Assembly: GCA_038845975.1 (NCBI GenBank)
Contig: JAWBQF010000027.1
Location: forward strand, 1-36,515
Direction of reading: 5' to 3'
Length of the DNA stretch: 36,515 nt
Origin: Candidatus Methanomethylicia archaeon
GTDB taxonomy: Archaea; Thermoproteota; Methanomethylicia; CALHIW01
The notes beneath the pieces were generated by a model. The model was not told the DNA's origin. It was given only the letters and a program-made list of their open reading frames with translations, and searched no databases. The position numbers were made by a program, and so were the translations under genes. Positions 10,174-18,747 of this stretch are shown piece after piece; positions within the stretch are counted from its first letter, which is position 1; the number at the start of each line of letters is the position of its first letter.

Positions 10174-11157
10174 ATGGCTAAAATAGCTGTAGTGAATAGT
10201 TATGGTTCTTTCTTATCTGTTAAGGATGGTAGATTCCAGCTTAAACGTGGTGGAGAGATTCTATGGGATTTAGCTCCTACAGAGCTTGAAGCAATAGTAT
10301 TCACAGTTGATGGAGCATCAATATCTACAGCTGCAGTTAAGCTTGCAAACCATTTCTTTATAGATCTAGTATTCCTAGATGGAAGTAAGCCTATAGCTAG
10401 GCTGATTCAGGCTAGGTATAGTCCATCATTTAAAACATGGATTAAACAGGTTAAAGCATATAGGAGGAGGGTTGAGCTTGCTAAACTATTTATTGAGGGT
10501 AAGATACATAATCAGAGAATGGTTTTAAGCGATTATGCTAAGAGACTTAGAGCACAGTATAAGCCAAACTATGATCTTGAATCATCAATAAATGAAATGA
10601 TAAATCTTGAATCTAAAGTCTTAGAGTGTAGAGATGTGGATGAGGTAAGAGGTATAGAGGCTTTAGCAGCTAGATATTATTGGAGGCATGTAGCTGAGAT
10701 AATTCCAGGTAGTTTAGGATTTACTGTTAGGATTCCGAGAAGCCGTAAGCCACCTGTAGGGGATATAGATCCATTCAATAAGGCTTTAAACATAGGCTAC
10801 TCAGCACTTCTAAGAGAGGTTTGGAGAGCAGTATTTATAGCTGGATTAAATCCATATGTAGGATTTCTACATAAGCCTAAAGCTGGAAAAATGGTTTTAG
10901 TATTTGACTTAATGGAGGAGTTTAGACCTATAGCTGTAGATAGACCACTAATAAATTTAGCTAGGAGAAATGTTGATGTATTACTTAAGCTTAGGGAAGA
11001 TAATGTAGAAGCCGTTAAGGAGGTTTGGAGAACTGTTGTTAAACATATGATGGAGGGGAATCCATCAATACAATCAATAATTCTTGAGCAGGCTAGGAAG
11101 CTAGCTAGACATGTTAGAGGTGGAGAAGAGTATAAGCCATTTAAGGCTAGATGGTAA
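10174..11157 (+). CDS. cas1: CRISPR-associated endonuclease Cas1
   Basis: RGIEALAARYYW, DPFNKALNIGYS, GLNPYVGFLH and LVFDLMEEFRP motifs. Confidence 0.98.
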   Translation: MAKIAVVNSYGSFLSVKDGRFQLKRGGEILWDLAPTELEAIVFTVDGASISTAAVKLANHFFIDLVFLDGSKPIARLIQARYSPSFKTWIKQVKAYRRRVELAKLFIEGKIHNQRMVLSDYAKRLRAQYKPNYDLESSINEMINLESKVLECRDVDEVRGIEALAARYYWRHVAEIIPGSLGFTVRIPRSRKPPVGDIDPFNKALNIGYSALLREVWRAVFIAGLNPYVGFLHKPKAGKMVLVFDLMEEFRPIAVDRPLINLARRNVDVLLKLREDNVEAVKEVWRTVVKHMMEGNPSIQSIILEQARKLARHVRGGEEYKPFKARW

Positions 11158-11442
11158 ATGGAGCTAATAACCCTAGTAATTTATGATATAACTGATGATG
11201 ATTTAAGAACTAAAGTAGCTAAATATCTAAGACAAAAGGGACTTAAGAGAATTCAGAAAAGCGCTTTTGCAGGACCATTAACAAGCGCTAGGAGAGCTGA
11301 AGTCATAGCTGGACTTTCAAGAATTATAAAGGGGAAGAATAAGGTAAATATTCAAATATACCCATTAACACAGGCAAGCTTTAATCAAAGAGTAACTTTA
11401 GGTGTAGAAATAGACTATGAGAAGGAAGATGTAGTAATATAG
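11158..11442 (+). CDS. cas2: CRISPR-associated protein Cas2
   Basis: LVIYDITDD...R, GLKRIQKSAF; abuts the cas1 stop. Confidence 0.98.
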   Translation: MELITLVIYDITDDDLRTKVAKYLRQKGLKRIQKSAFAGPLTSARRAEVIAGLSRIIKGKNKVNIQIYPLTQASFNQRVTLGVEIDYEKEDVVI

Positions 11443-11518
11443 TTTTCTAGAACAAAACCTAGTAGGCTTCATCAAATAATTATTTAAAATTTATAAGTAT
11501 TAATGGATATATTTCTTT

Positions 11519-11785
11519 ATGAGTAGAACTGTTCTCTTAAATATTCTTAACGATATGCAAATACTGCTAAGTAGCTTAGAGCTTGAACAGTTGTATAGGG
11601 AGTTAACTATTTATTTCGGTATTGCGGGCATGATGGATGAATGTGAGGTTCTTGAAAATGCATGGAGGGATCCATATAATAGACGTGAAATAGAGGAATT
11701 TATAAAGGCATGGCTTAGAAGAAGGAAAGCTAGAAGAGTAGGAGAAACTACTGTAGAGTATTCGTATCTTACTCTCTATACATAA
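11519..11785 (+). CDS. Unknown 88-aa helical protein directly downstream of cas2
   Basis: ATG-started ORF with protein-like composition; TTTATAAG box at about 11490-11497; basic C-terminal patch WLRRRKARR. Confidence 0.75.
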   Translation: MSRTVLLNILNDMQILLSSLELEQLYRELTIYFGIAGMMDECEVLENAWRDPYNRREIEEFIKAWLRRRKARRVGETTVEYSYLTLYT

Positions 11786-11812
11786 TTAGAATCTATTACT
11801 ATAATTAGATTT

Positions 11813-12097
11813 CTAGCTTCTTCTTAACTGTCTTATCTCTTCAAGTATTTCAATAAATCTCTCATCCATCTTAGCAAATCTTTCATCCATTTTAGCAAAT
11901 CTTTCATCCATCTTAGCGAATCCCTTTTCCATTCTTATGAATCCTTCATCTATTTTCCCTATTAGCTTCTCTACCATTTCTCTAGTTAACTTTTCTTCCT
12001 CTACGAGGAGTTTTCTAGTTGCTCTACCATTATAGATTGAGAATAAGCCAACTATTAATCCGAAGATTGTTGCTCCACCTAAAACATACTCCCACAT
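11813..12097 (-). CDS. Small N-terminally anchored coiled-coil protein with (FAKMDER)x3 repeat
   Basis: TM helix (VLGGATIFGLIVGLFSIY), NGR, near-identical 21-bp repeats at about 11855-11921; TATA-like TTTTTATATA about 25 nt upstream. Confidence 0.8.
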   Translation of the reverse strand: MWEYVLGGATIFGLIVGLFSIYNGRATRKLLVEEEKLTREMVEKLIGKIDEGFIRMEKGFAKMDERFAKMDERFAKMDERFIEILEEIRQLRRS

Positions 12098-12139
12098 AAT
12101 GTAGTATCTTAGTAATTATATATAAAAACATTTCGATGT

Positions 12140-12481
12140 ATGAATAGTATTCTATTAGCTTTCAGATGAGCTTATACTGGAGTTTTTAAACGTAGAGATC
12201 TACGTAAAGCAGTATTAATAGCAATATCAAGAGAAATAGTAACAAAAGATGATATAGAGACATTAAGGAAAGCAACAAAGGAAGATATAGAGACACTTAG
12301 GAGACAACTAGAGGATATGGAGAGGGAGGGTTTCAGGTCTTGAGCAGAGTGTTACTAGAATTGAGGGGCAGCCCTTTCACTGCTTGTTAATTTGTTTATA
12401 GCTTTTAATGTACTGATACTTGTCGGTATAATGTTGATGATGTTTCAGTTATGGAGAATTACTTTAAGATACCTTAATTAA
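12140..12481 (+). pseudogene. Remnant of an ATKEDI-repeat coiled-coil protein with C-terminal TM helix
   Basis: DLRKAVLIAISREIVTKDDIETLRKATKEDIETLRRQLEDMERE, then after frameshifts VTRIEGQ and LSLLVNLFIAFNVLILVGIMLMMFQLWR. The start is approximate. Confidence 0.6.
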
Positions 12482-12916
12482 TAATGGAATAGATGAACGT
12501 AATAGTTTGTAGTGAAGTTTATTTATTGTGCTGGATATTTAAGTTATGGATAACATTCATTAATTAATTTGATCTTCTAAGTTGGTAGTATGTAATGTTT
12601 ACTTAGTTAGCTATAGTTTTTGAATTGTATTAGTATACTGTAAACTCTACATTGGAATAATATTTTAACACTATAGAATACGATTATCTTAAGTTGTAAA
12701 TAGCTATAATTGTAATATTAACTATTATAGAAACAACATAAATTTTATCCTAGATTTTATCATTAATGTGGGTTTAACATTTTCATATTGAAACCATGGA
12801 AGGCTTGAAACCCAATATAGTAGATGCTATATTAACTTTAATTCTAAGATTATTTCTATTCATTTGTTAATGATAATTATGTCAGCTAGCTTTATGAAGT
12901 TATTTATTATTTTGTG

Positions 12917-14170
12917 TTAAGATGAGAAGAAGGCTAGTTCAAATAGTGGTATTTGCTCTATTTGAATTTCATCTATTCTTTCAGTTTCTCTATTTCTCTC
13001 TTCATGTAGTATTATTCCCTTTTTTAATTGGAGTTTTTTCATGATCTTTACTAGCTGGGTAGGTTCAGTTTTTGCTTTAACTTCAATTGGGGTTAGTTCT
13101 CCATTTTTTAGGATGAAGTCAATTTCTCCTTTATTTCTTCTAAAGTAAAATTTGGCATCTATTAGGGAGGCAGCTATACTTTCAAGTAGTTTTCCTTTCT
13201 CTATTTCTCTATATAATCCGAAAATTAGGGACCAATGGTAGGGATATATTTTCTGGAGTTTTCTGCTTGCTAGTAGAATTGAGATTCTGAAGTTTCTTAC
13301 ATTTCTTATTAGGTAGGAGAACTTTAGGTAGAATAAATGTTTTAGTAGGGTTTTCTTTGCAATTCTTAAATTTCTACTTAGATTATCAAGGTTAAGAATC
13401 ATACCGGGATTTTGATAGAATATTTCGATTAATCCCATTAGTAGATCTTCGTTTACATTTTTAAACTTGCTCGGTAAGTCTCTATAGATTATTTTACCGA
13501 TTACGTTTTCCCTTAAATACTCCATTATTCTCCTCTCATTTTCTTCTTTAACTATTTCTGGGAATGGCTTCCTTAAGTATTCTGGAAATACGAGGAATAG
13601 TTCCTCCCTCCATGCTTCAAAATCCTCAATTCTCCTTCCACTTTTTAACTCGAAAAATTCTTTTAGGGAGAGGGGATTTAGCCTTAGTAGGAAGTGTCTA
13701 CCGACTAGGTTTGAGTAGGCTTCCTTCTCAAGATCAACGCTACTTGAACCTGAAATGAAAAACTTTATGTTTGGGAATACGTCGTAGAGTAGTTTAAGCT
13801 TTAATCCCCAATCCGTTAACTTATGGATTTCATCGAGGAAAACATATATTTTCTCTCTTTTCCATTCAATACCTGTAATTTTCTGATATTCATCTAGAAT
13901 GCTTTTCAACTCCTCTATTTTCTCATCAAAAGAGAAATAGAGAATTCGCTTAGGGTTTACACTTCTTCCTATAAGGTTCTGAATAAACTGGTAGAAGAGA
14001 GTTGTTTTCCCAACTCTTCTTAAACCGGTTAAAACAATTATTTGTCTTAATTCAGCCATTTCTTCAATCTGTTGAAAAATTCCCCGCTTATACGGTAATG
14101 CTAAATCCTCCTTAACCCGTTCAGTTAGCCACCATTCATTCTGAATTCTTAAAGATTCGTCTAGCCTCAT
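12917..14170 (-). CDS. AAA+ ATPase of the COG1373 type (AAA_14 + DUF4143)
   Basis: Walker A GLRRVGKT, Walker B VFLDEIH, SGSSS, LVGR, C-terminal GEIDF...PIEVK. Confidence 0.92.
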   Translation of the reverse strand: MRLDESLRIQNEWWLTERVKEDLALPYKRGIFQQIEEMAELRQIIVLTGLRRVGKTTLFYQFIQNLIGRSVNPKRILYFSFDEKIEELKSILDEYQKITGIEWKREKIYVFLDEIHKLTDWGLKLKLLYDVFPNIKFFISGSSSVDLEKEAYSNLVGRHFLLRLNPLSLKEFFELKSGRRIEDFEAWREELFLVFPEYLRKPFPEIVKEENERRIMEYLRENVIGKIIYRDLPSKFKNVNEDLLMGLIEIFYQNPGMILNLDNLSRNLRIAKKTLLKHLFYLKFSYLIRNVRNFRISILLASRKLQKIYPYHWSLIFGLYREIEKGKLLESIAASLIDAKFYFRRNKGEIDFILKNGELTPIEVKAKTEPTQLVKIMKKLQLKKGIILHEERNRETERIDEIQIEQIPLFELAFFSS

Positions 14171-14182
14171 AAGTATACTATA

Positions 14183-14211
14183 GGAAACTAAAATTTAAAT
14201 TTTTAGTTTCC
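14183..14211. promoter_or_regulatory. Perfect 11-bp inverted repeat GGAAACTAAAA-N7-TTTTAGTTTCC enclosing the TATA box of the ATPase gene
   Basis: Seen directly. The central TTTAAAT (14194-14200) is 24-30 nt upstream of the ATG at 14170. Confidence 0.7.
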
Positions 14212-14582
14212 ATAAGGAAACCAATGTTTTTAGAGGAAGAGTAGAGTTTCTGAAGGATTAGCTTAAATTAATGATAAACAATATGCGTAAGCTGAATTTA
14301 TGTGGTAAATCAACACTACTAATATCCATATTACATACTTGTTAAATAATGAGGATAACAATGCTTACTAGCGAGATTATTTCACTAATACTAAATATTT
14401 CCATAGTAGTATTTCAACAAAGTATTTGAAAATAAATATTGAAGAGTGCATGCTTCTTGATACATTAGCAATAAATATCAATAGTACTAAAAGACCTAAT
14501 TGCTGGAAGTATTAGATTACTATCTTACTTATAGAGCTTAATTTAAATTATCTTATTAATGAAATATTTTTAATTATGAATC

Positions 14583-14801
14583 ATGAGGGCTACTTTAACT
14601 TTATCTATTAAAGTAAAGAAGATGCTTGAAGCTATAAAGGGGAATATGACATGGGATAACTTCATATTAAAAACCATTATGGAGGTTCAGGAAGAATACC
14701 GTGAAGAAACTATAGTAAGCTTGCATCTTTACTTGAAGAACTTGAGACCTAAATGGGAAACGGTAAAAAGATGTGTTCAACTCAACAGTATTCAGATTTG
14801 A
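14583..14801 (+). CDS. Possible ribbon-helix-helix/VapB-like antitoxin, probably degenerate
   Basis: N-terminus TLTLSIKVKKMLEAIKGNMTWDNFI resembles small archaeal antitoxins; no intact toxin follows. Confidence 0.4.
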   Translation: MRATLTLSIKVKKMLEAIKGNMTWDNFILKTIMEVQEEYREETIVSLHLYLKNLRPKWETVKRCVQLNSIQI

Positions 14802-14867
14802 ATTCTCAGCCATATACTCTACATAGTGCTCGATAGGTTAATAAGCTTGCTACTAATAACTAGGATT

Positions 14868-15608
14868 ATGGAAAATTTAAGGAGAAGGCTTCTTAAACTT
14901 CTTGAAGAGGACTCTGAATTCCGTTATACAATAGCTGGGCTTATAGGCTTAAATAAAATATTTGAAAGCATAGATAGGAATACTGAAGCAATAGCTAAGC
15001 TACTAAGACAGGTAGGAAGACATACTAAAACATTAAGAGAACATACCAAAGCTATAAGGTCTCTACAGGAAGAGGTTAAGAGACACGGAGATCTTCTTGA
15101 AGAACATACCAAAGCTATAAGGTCTCTACAGGAAGAGGTTAAGAGACACGGAGATCTTCTTGAAGAACATACCAAAGCTATAGCTGGTCTTAGGGTTGCT
15201 GTAAATGATTTTGGAGTTGTTATAGGTAGAACACTTGAAGATTATACGAGAACACTTATTAGGGAGGTACTTATAGGTAAAGGCATTCCAATAGAGAAAC
15301 TGGTATTGGGGAGGAAGATATTAGTATATAATAAGGAGCCTATAGAGATAAATATTTTTAATGAGGAACCGTTAATTATGGGTGAAGTAACAACATATAT
15401 AGGTAATGCTGAAGAAGAAATAGGGAAAATAGTTAGAAGAATGGGTATAGTGGAGGAGGTGTATGGAAGAAAAGTTGAGTATGTATTTCTAGCGGTAGAA
15501 GTGGTTATGGAGGCAGAGTTGGGAAGACTTAAGGAGCTTGCTAGAAAGCATAATATCCAGGTATATTATGGGAAAGCAGTATCCCCAATAACTCTAACTT
15601 CAACCTAG
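14868..15608 (+). CDS. paREP-like coiled-coil protein with C-terminal PD-(D/E)XK-like domain
   Basis: LLKLLEEDSEFRYTIAGLIGL, heptad repeats, EINIF...MGEVT. Likely start is ATG 14868. Confidence 0.85.
   Translation: MENLRRRLLKLLEEDSEFRYTIAGLIGLNKIFESIDRNTEAIAKLLRQVGRHTKTLREHTKAIRSLQEEVKRHGDLLEEHTKAIRSLQEEVKRHGDLLEEHTKAIAGLRVAVNDFGVVIGRTLEDYTRTLIREVLIGKGIPIEKLVLGRKILVYNKEPIEINIFNEEPLIMGEVTTYIGNAEEEIGKIVRRMGIVEEVYGRKVEYVFLAVEVVMEAELGRLKELARKHNIQVYYGKAVSPITLTST
15038..15182 (+). repeat. Perfect 63-bp tandem repeat, about 2.3 copies (EHTKAIRSLQEEVKRHGDLLE)
   Basis: GAACATACCAAAGCTATA recurs at 15039, 15102 and 15165. Confidence 0.95.
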
Positions 15609-15964
15609 AAAGTATACTGTTAGCTATGAAACTAAACCATCAACTAAGTAAATAGTTTTCATTCCCTGTATGATTATAAATCGTTAAGATTAAGCATAGT
15701 AATGTAACTCTTCTCCAGCTTTACATCCTAATTCCTCTAGATGTGGCCTCTATTTTGAAATGCTTATGGAAATAGGAAGCCTCTTAATCTTTATCCTCTT
15801 GTAACGTCTAAGACTTTATTGTATGCTTCATAGGCTTCAACACGTCATAGGTAATATTAGCCTCTTATAATCAATAGAGTATCTTTCATAGCTAATGATG
15901 CTTATAAGGGCAACCTGAAGTAAGATTAGAAATAAATATGAGTTAAATAGAGTTATCTGGTAGT

Positions 15965-16708
15965 ATGATTGTTAGAGAGGTTTATGTAAAGAATATTTTA
16001 TCGGAATCAAAGGTTTTCAATTATACTGTAAATCCCTATATTGGATGTGAACATGGATGTACTTATTGTTATGCTCGATTCATAAGAAGATTTACTGGTC
16101 ATAGAGAGAAGTGGGGGGAGTTTGTTGATGTAAAAATTAATGCTGTAAGTCTACTTCAACATGAGATAAATAGGAAGAAAATAGGGAGGGTTTGGATAAG
16201 CGGGGTATGTGATCCCTATCAGCCTCTAGAAGAAAAGTATAAAATTACTAGGGGATGTCTTGAAATTCTACTGGAGAGAAAGTGGCCTATTACAATTCAG
16301 ACGAAATCAACACTTATACTTCGCGACGTAGAGCTTCTACAGAATCATGAAAATGTTGAAGTAATACTTACAATAACAACTGCTAATGATGGAATTAGAA
16401 GGATTTTTGAACCGAAAACACCATCTATTAAAGAGAGAATAAAAGCTTTAGATAAGCTAAATTCAGTAGGTATCAAAACCTACGTTATGATAGCTCCCCT
16501 ACTACCAGGTGCTGAAGGCCTTATTGAAGAAGTTAAGGGGAAAACTAATTACATAATAATTGATAAAATGAATTACCATTATGCAGATTGGGTATATAGG
16601 AAGTATGGATTAGAGTATGCTATGAGCTGGGAGTTTTTCAAAGAGATGAAGATTAAAATCGTAAGCTCGCTTAAGAAGCAGGGAATACCTTACGAAGTAC
16701 TATTTTAA
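15965..16708 (+). CDS. Radical SAM protein, spore photoproduct lyase-like (COG1533)
   Basis: NPYIGCEHGCTYCYA (CxxxCxxC), CDPYQP, QTKS..ILRD, FEP..PS..ER. Confidence 0.9.
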   Translation: MIVREVYVKNILSESKVFNYTVNPYIGCEHGCTYCYARFIRRFTGHREKWGEFVDVKINAVSLLQHEINRKKIGRVWISGVCDPYQPLEEKYKITRGCLEILLERKWPITIQTKSTLILRDVELLQNHENVEVILTITTANDGIRRIFEPKTPSIKERIKALDKLNSVGIKTYVMIAPLLPGAEGLIEEVKGKTNYIIIDKMNYHYADWVYRKYGLEYAMSWEFFKEMKIKIVSSLKKQGIPYEVLF

Positions 16709-17325
16709 TCCTTAGATTCAACTACTTATTAATTGAAGTAGCTTAACAATAGAATACTTTAGAATTTCCTCAGAGGACAATGTCAAAACTAGCCGGAATA
16801 AACATAGATGAGTTTATATCAATAGCTAAGAAGGCAAACAAGACCATAACTTCATACTTTCATTTAAAAACCATGACAAGAGTAGGGGAAAGTATATTAT
16901 CTCCCATGAATACACAAATTCTCTTCAGAGCTTTAGTACAAGAAGGTTTTAGAGATATGGTTAGATTCCCTAATATTGTTAGGAAGCATTAATATCAGGA
17001 GTTACAATTAGGTTTTACGGATAATGTGGAGGATCGCTGGCTTTACTGATATTAATAAGGGATTTAACAGTATGTCTTGAAGCCCGTGAAGCTAATATTT
17101 AGAAAACTGTAAGAAGATGAAGATTTAATTCTTAAACTCATTGGAAAAGTAGTAAGGAATAACTCTTAGATGATATAATGTTACATAACTAGTAAACATT
17201 ATGAAGGGAGTTAGCAATACTAAACATAATTAAAAGTTATTTACAATACAGCTAGAATCATCTATATTTATTAATGCTGAACGAATTTTAGCGAAAAATT
17301 TAATACTGTTCATAATAACTGGCTC

Positions 17326-18129
17326 ATGATACGTATGGGTAGTGAATTTAAAGATTATGAAACTATTGAGCTTATAAGGGAAAACGGTATAGCAATAGTA
17401 AGATTTAATCGTCCAGATGTACTTAATGCTTTAAATCTTAAAATGAGGGAGGAGCTTCTTAAGGTAATGTATGAGCTTAAAAATGATAGTGGGATTCGAG
17501 TAGTAATATTTACTGGTGCAGGTAGGGGGTTTTCTGCTGGAGCAGATATTAAGGATTGGAAGGATATAATTGATGGGAAAATTAAGAGGGATCGAACATT
17601 TGTTGCTGATTTTGCCTTAGCTATTAAATCATTAGGAAAACCAACAATAGCTGCAGTTAATGGACCTGCTTTCGGTTTCGGATTTACTTTAACTCAGCTC
17701 TGCGACTTCGTAATAGCATCGGAGAAAGCAGTTTTTTCAGCTCCATTCGTAAAGAGGGGAATACCTCCTGAACTAGGTAGTACATTAATTTTACCTAGAA
17801 CAATAGGTTTCAGAAAGGCTAGACAAATCCTCCTATTAGGTAGAGTTCTAGATGCTAATACAGCTAAGGAAATGGGATTAGTTGATGAGATTGTACCTGA
17901 AGATAAGTTGATGGAGAAATGTATAGAGATAGCACGTGAACTAATTGAAAACTCACCACTAGCAATAGAGGAAATTGAGAAACTACTATGGGAAAACCTA
18001 TCATCAACCCTAGAGGAAACAGTAATACGTGAAGTAAAAGCAGCTGATTACCTATATCAGACAGAAGACTTCAAGGAGGCAACAATAGCATTCCTGGAGA
18101 AGAGAAAACCGAAATTTAAGGGAAAATAG
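17326..18129 (+). CDS. Enoyl-CoA hydratase/isomerase family protein
   Basis: NRPDVLNAL, FSAGADI, KPTIAAVNGPAFG, AFLEKRKPKFKG. Confidence 0.95.
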   Translation: MIRMGSEFKDYETIELIRENGIAIVRFNRPDVLNALNLKMREELLKVMYELKNDSGIRVVIFTGAGRGFSAGADIKDWKDIIDGKIKRDRTFVADFALAIKSLGKPTIAAVNGPAFGFGFTLTQLCDFVIASEKAVFSAPFVKRGIPPELGSTLILPRTIGFRKARQILLLGRVLDANTAKEMGLVDEIVPEDKLMEKCIEIARELIENSPLAIEEIEKLLWENLSSTLEETVIREVKAADYLYQTEDFKEATIAFLEKRKPKFKGK

Positions 18130-18297
18130 CAGTAACCAACTAGTAAGAACTGTGAAAACATGAGGAAACCAACTATAGAAATAAATAGCATATTACTTAG
18201 CTAAACAATTTAAAATTCAATTCCTCTAAATCACTACATTCAACTCCATAATGGTAAGCTTTAAAAGCTTAATATTTAACTAGTACTTGGTGATTGC

Positions 18298-18624
18298 TTG
18301 GTTACTTTAAAGTATAGGGTTATGGCTATGGAGCTTTATGGAAATGATGTAATATTAAGGTTAAGTAAACTTTCTGAAAATATTGAGAGAAGCCCTTCGA
18401 TAATTCCAGCACCGGAATCATTGGAGGAGAGAATGATGTTCAGCATGTTTCAGGCTATGAGGAAGTATTTACCAGTATTTTTAGGTCCTCAAACCCCTCA
18501 GCAAGCAGTTGAGGAAATACGTTCTACAGTAATTCTCTCCCTTACACAGAGAGAATATGAAGAACTTGGAAAACCTACTGTAGGAGACTGTTTAATAATT
18601 GAAGTTTCAAAAAGTAATTCTTAA
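18298..18624 (+). CDS. Arcadin-1-like protein
   Basis: About 110 aa; C-terminal ILSLTQREYEELGKPTVGDCLIIEV and central P.P.S.EERMM segment resemble arcadin-1 as recalled. AAGCTTTAAAA promoter-like element and GGTGA RBS upstream of a TTG start. Confidence 0.6.
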   Translation: MVTLKYRVMAMELYGNDVILRLSKLSENIERSPSIIPAPESLEERMMFSMFQAMRKYLPVFLGPQTPQQAVEEIRSTVILSLTQREYEELGKPTVGDCLIIEVSKSNS

Positions 18625-18747
18625 ACTACATTATTCCAACTAGAACTATCATATTATATTTAGCTAAGCGGATTTAGTTCTTATTATTTCTATGCTTCAA
18701 ATACTATTCTATTAATTGATAAGCTATTCTAGATTGATTTATAGAGC

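Noticed and set aside
16780-16992. 70-aa ORF after the radical SAM gene
   Set aside because: No recognisable motif; possibly a remnant, cannot be assigned.
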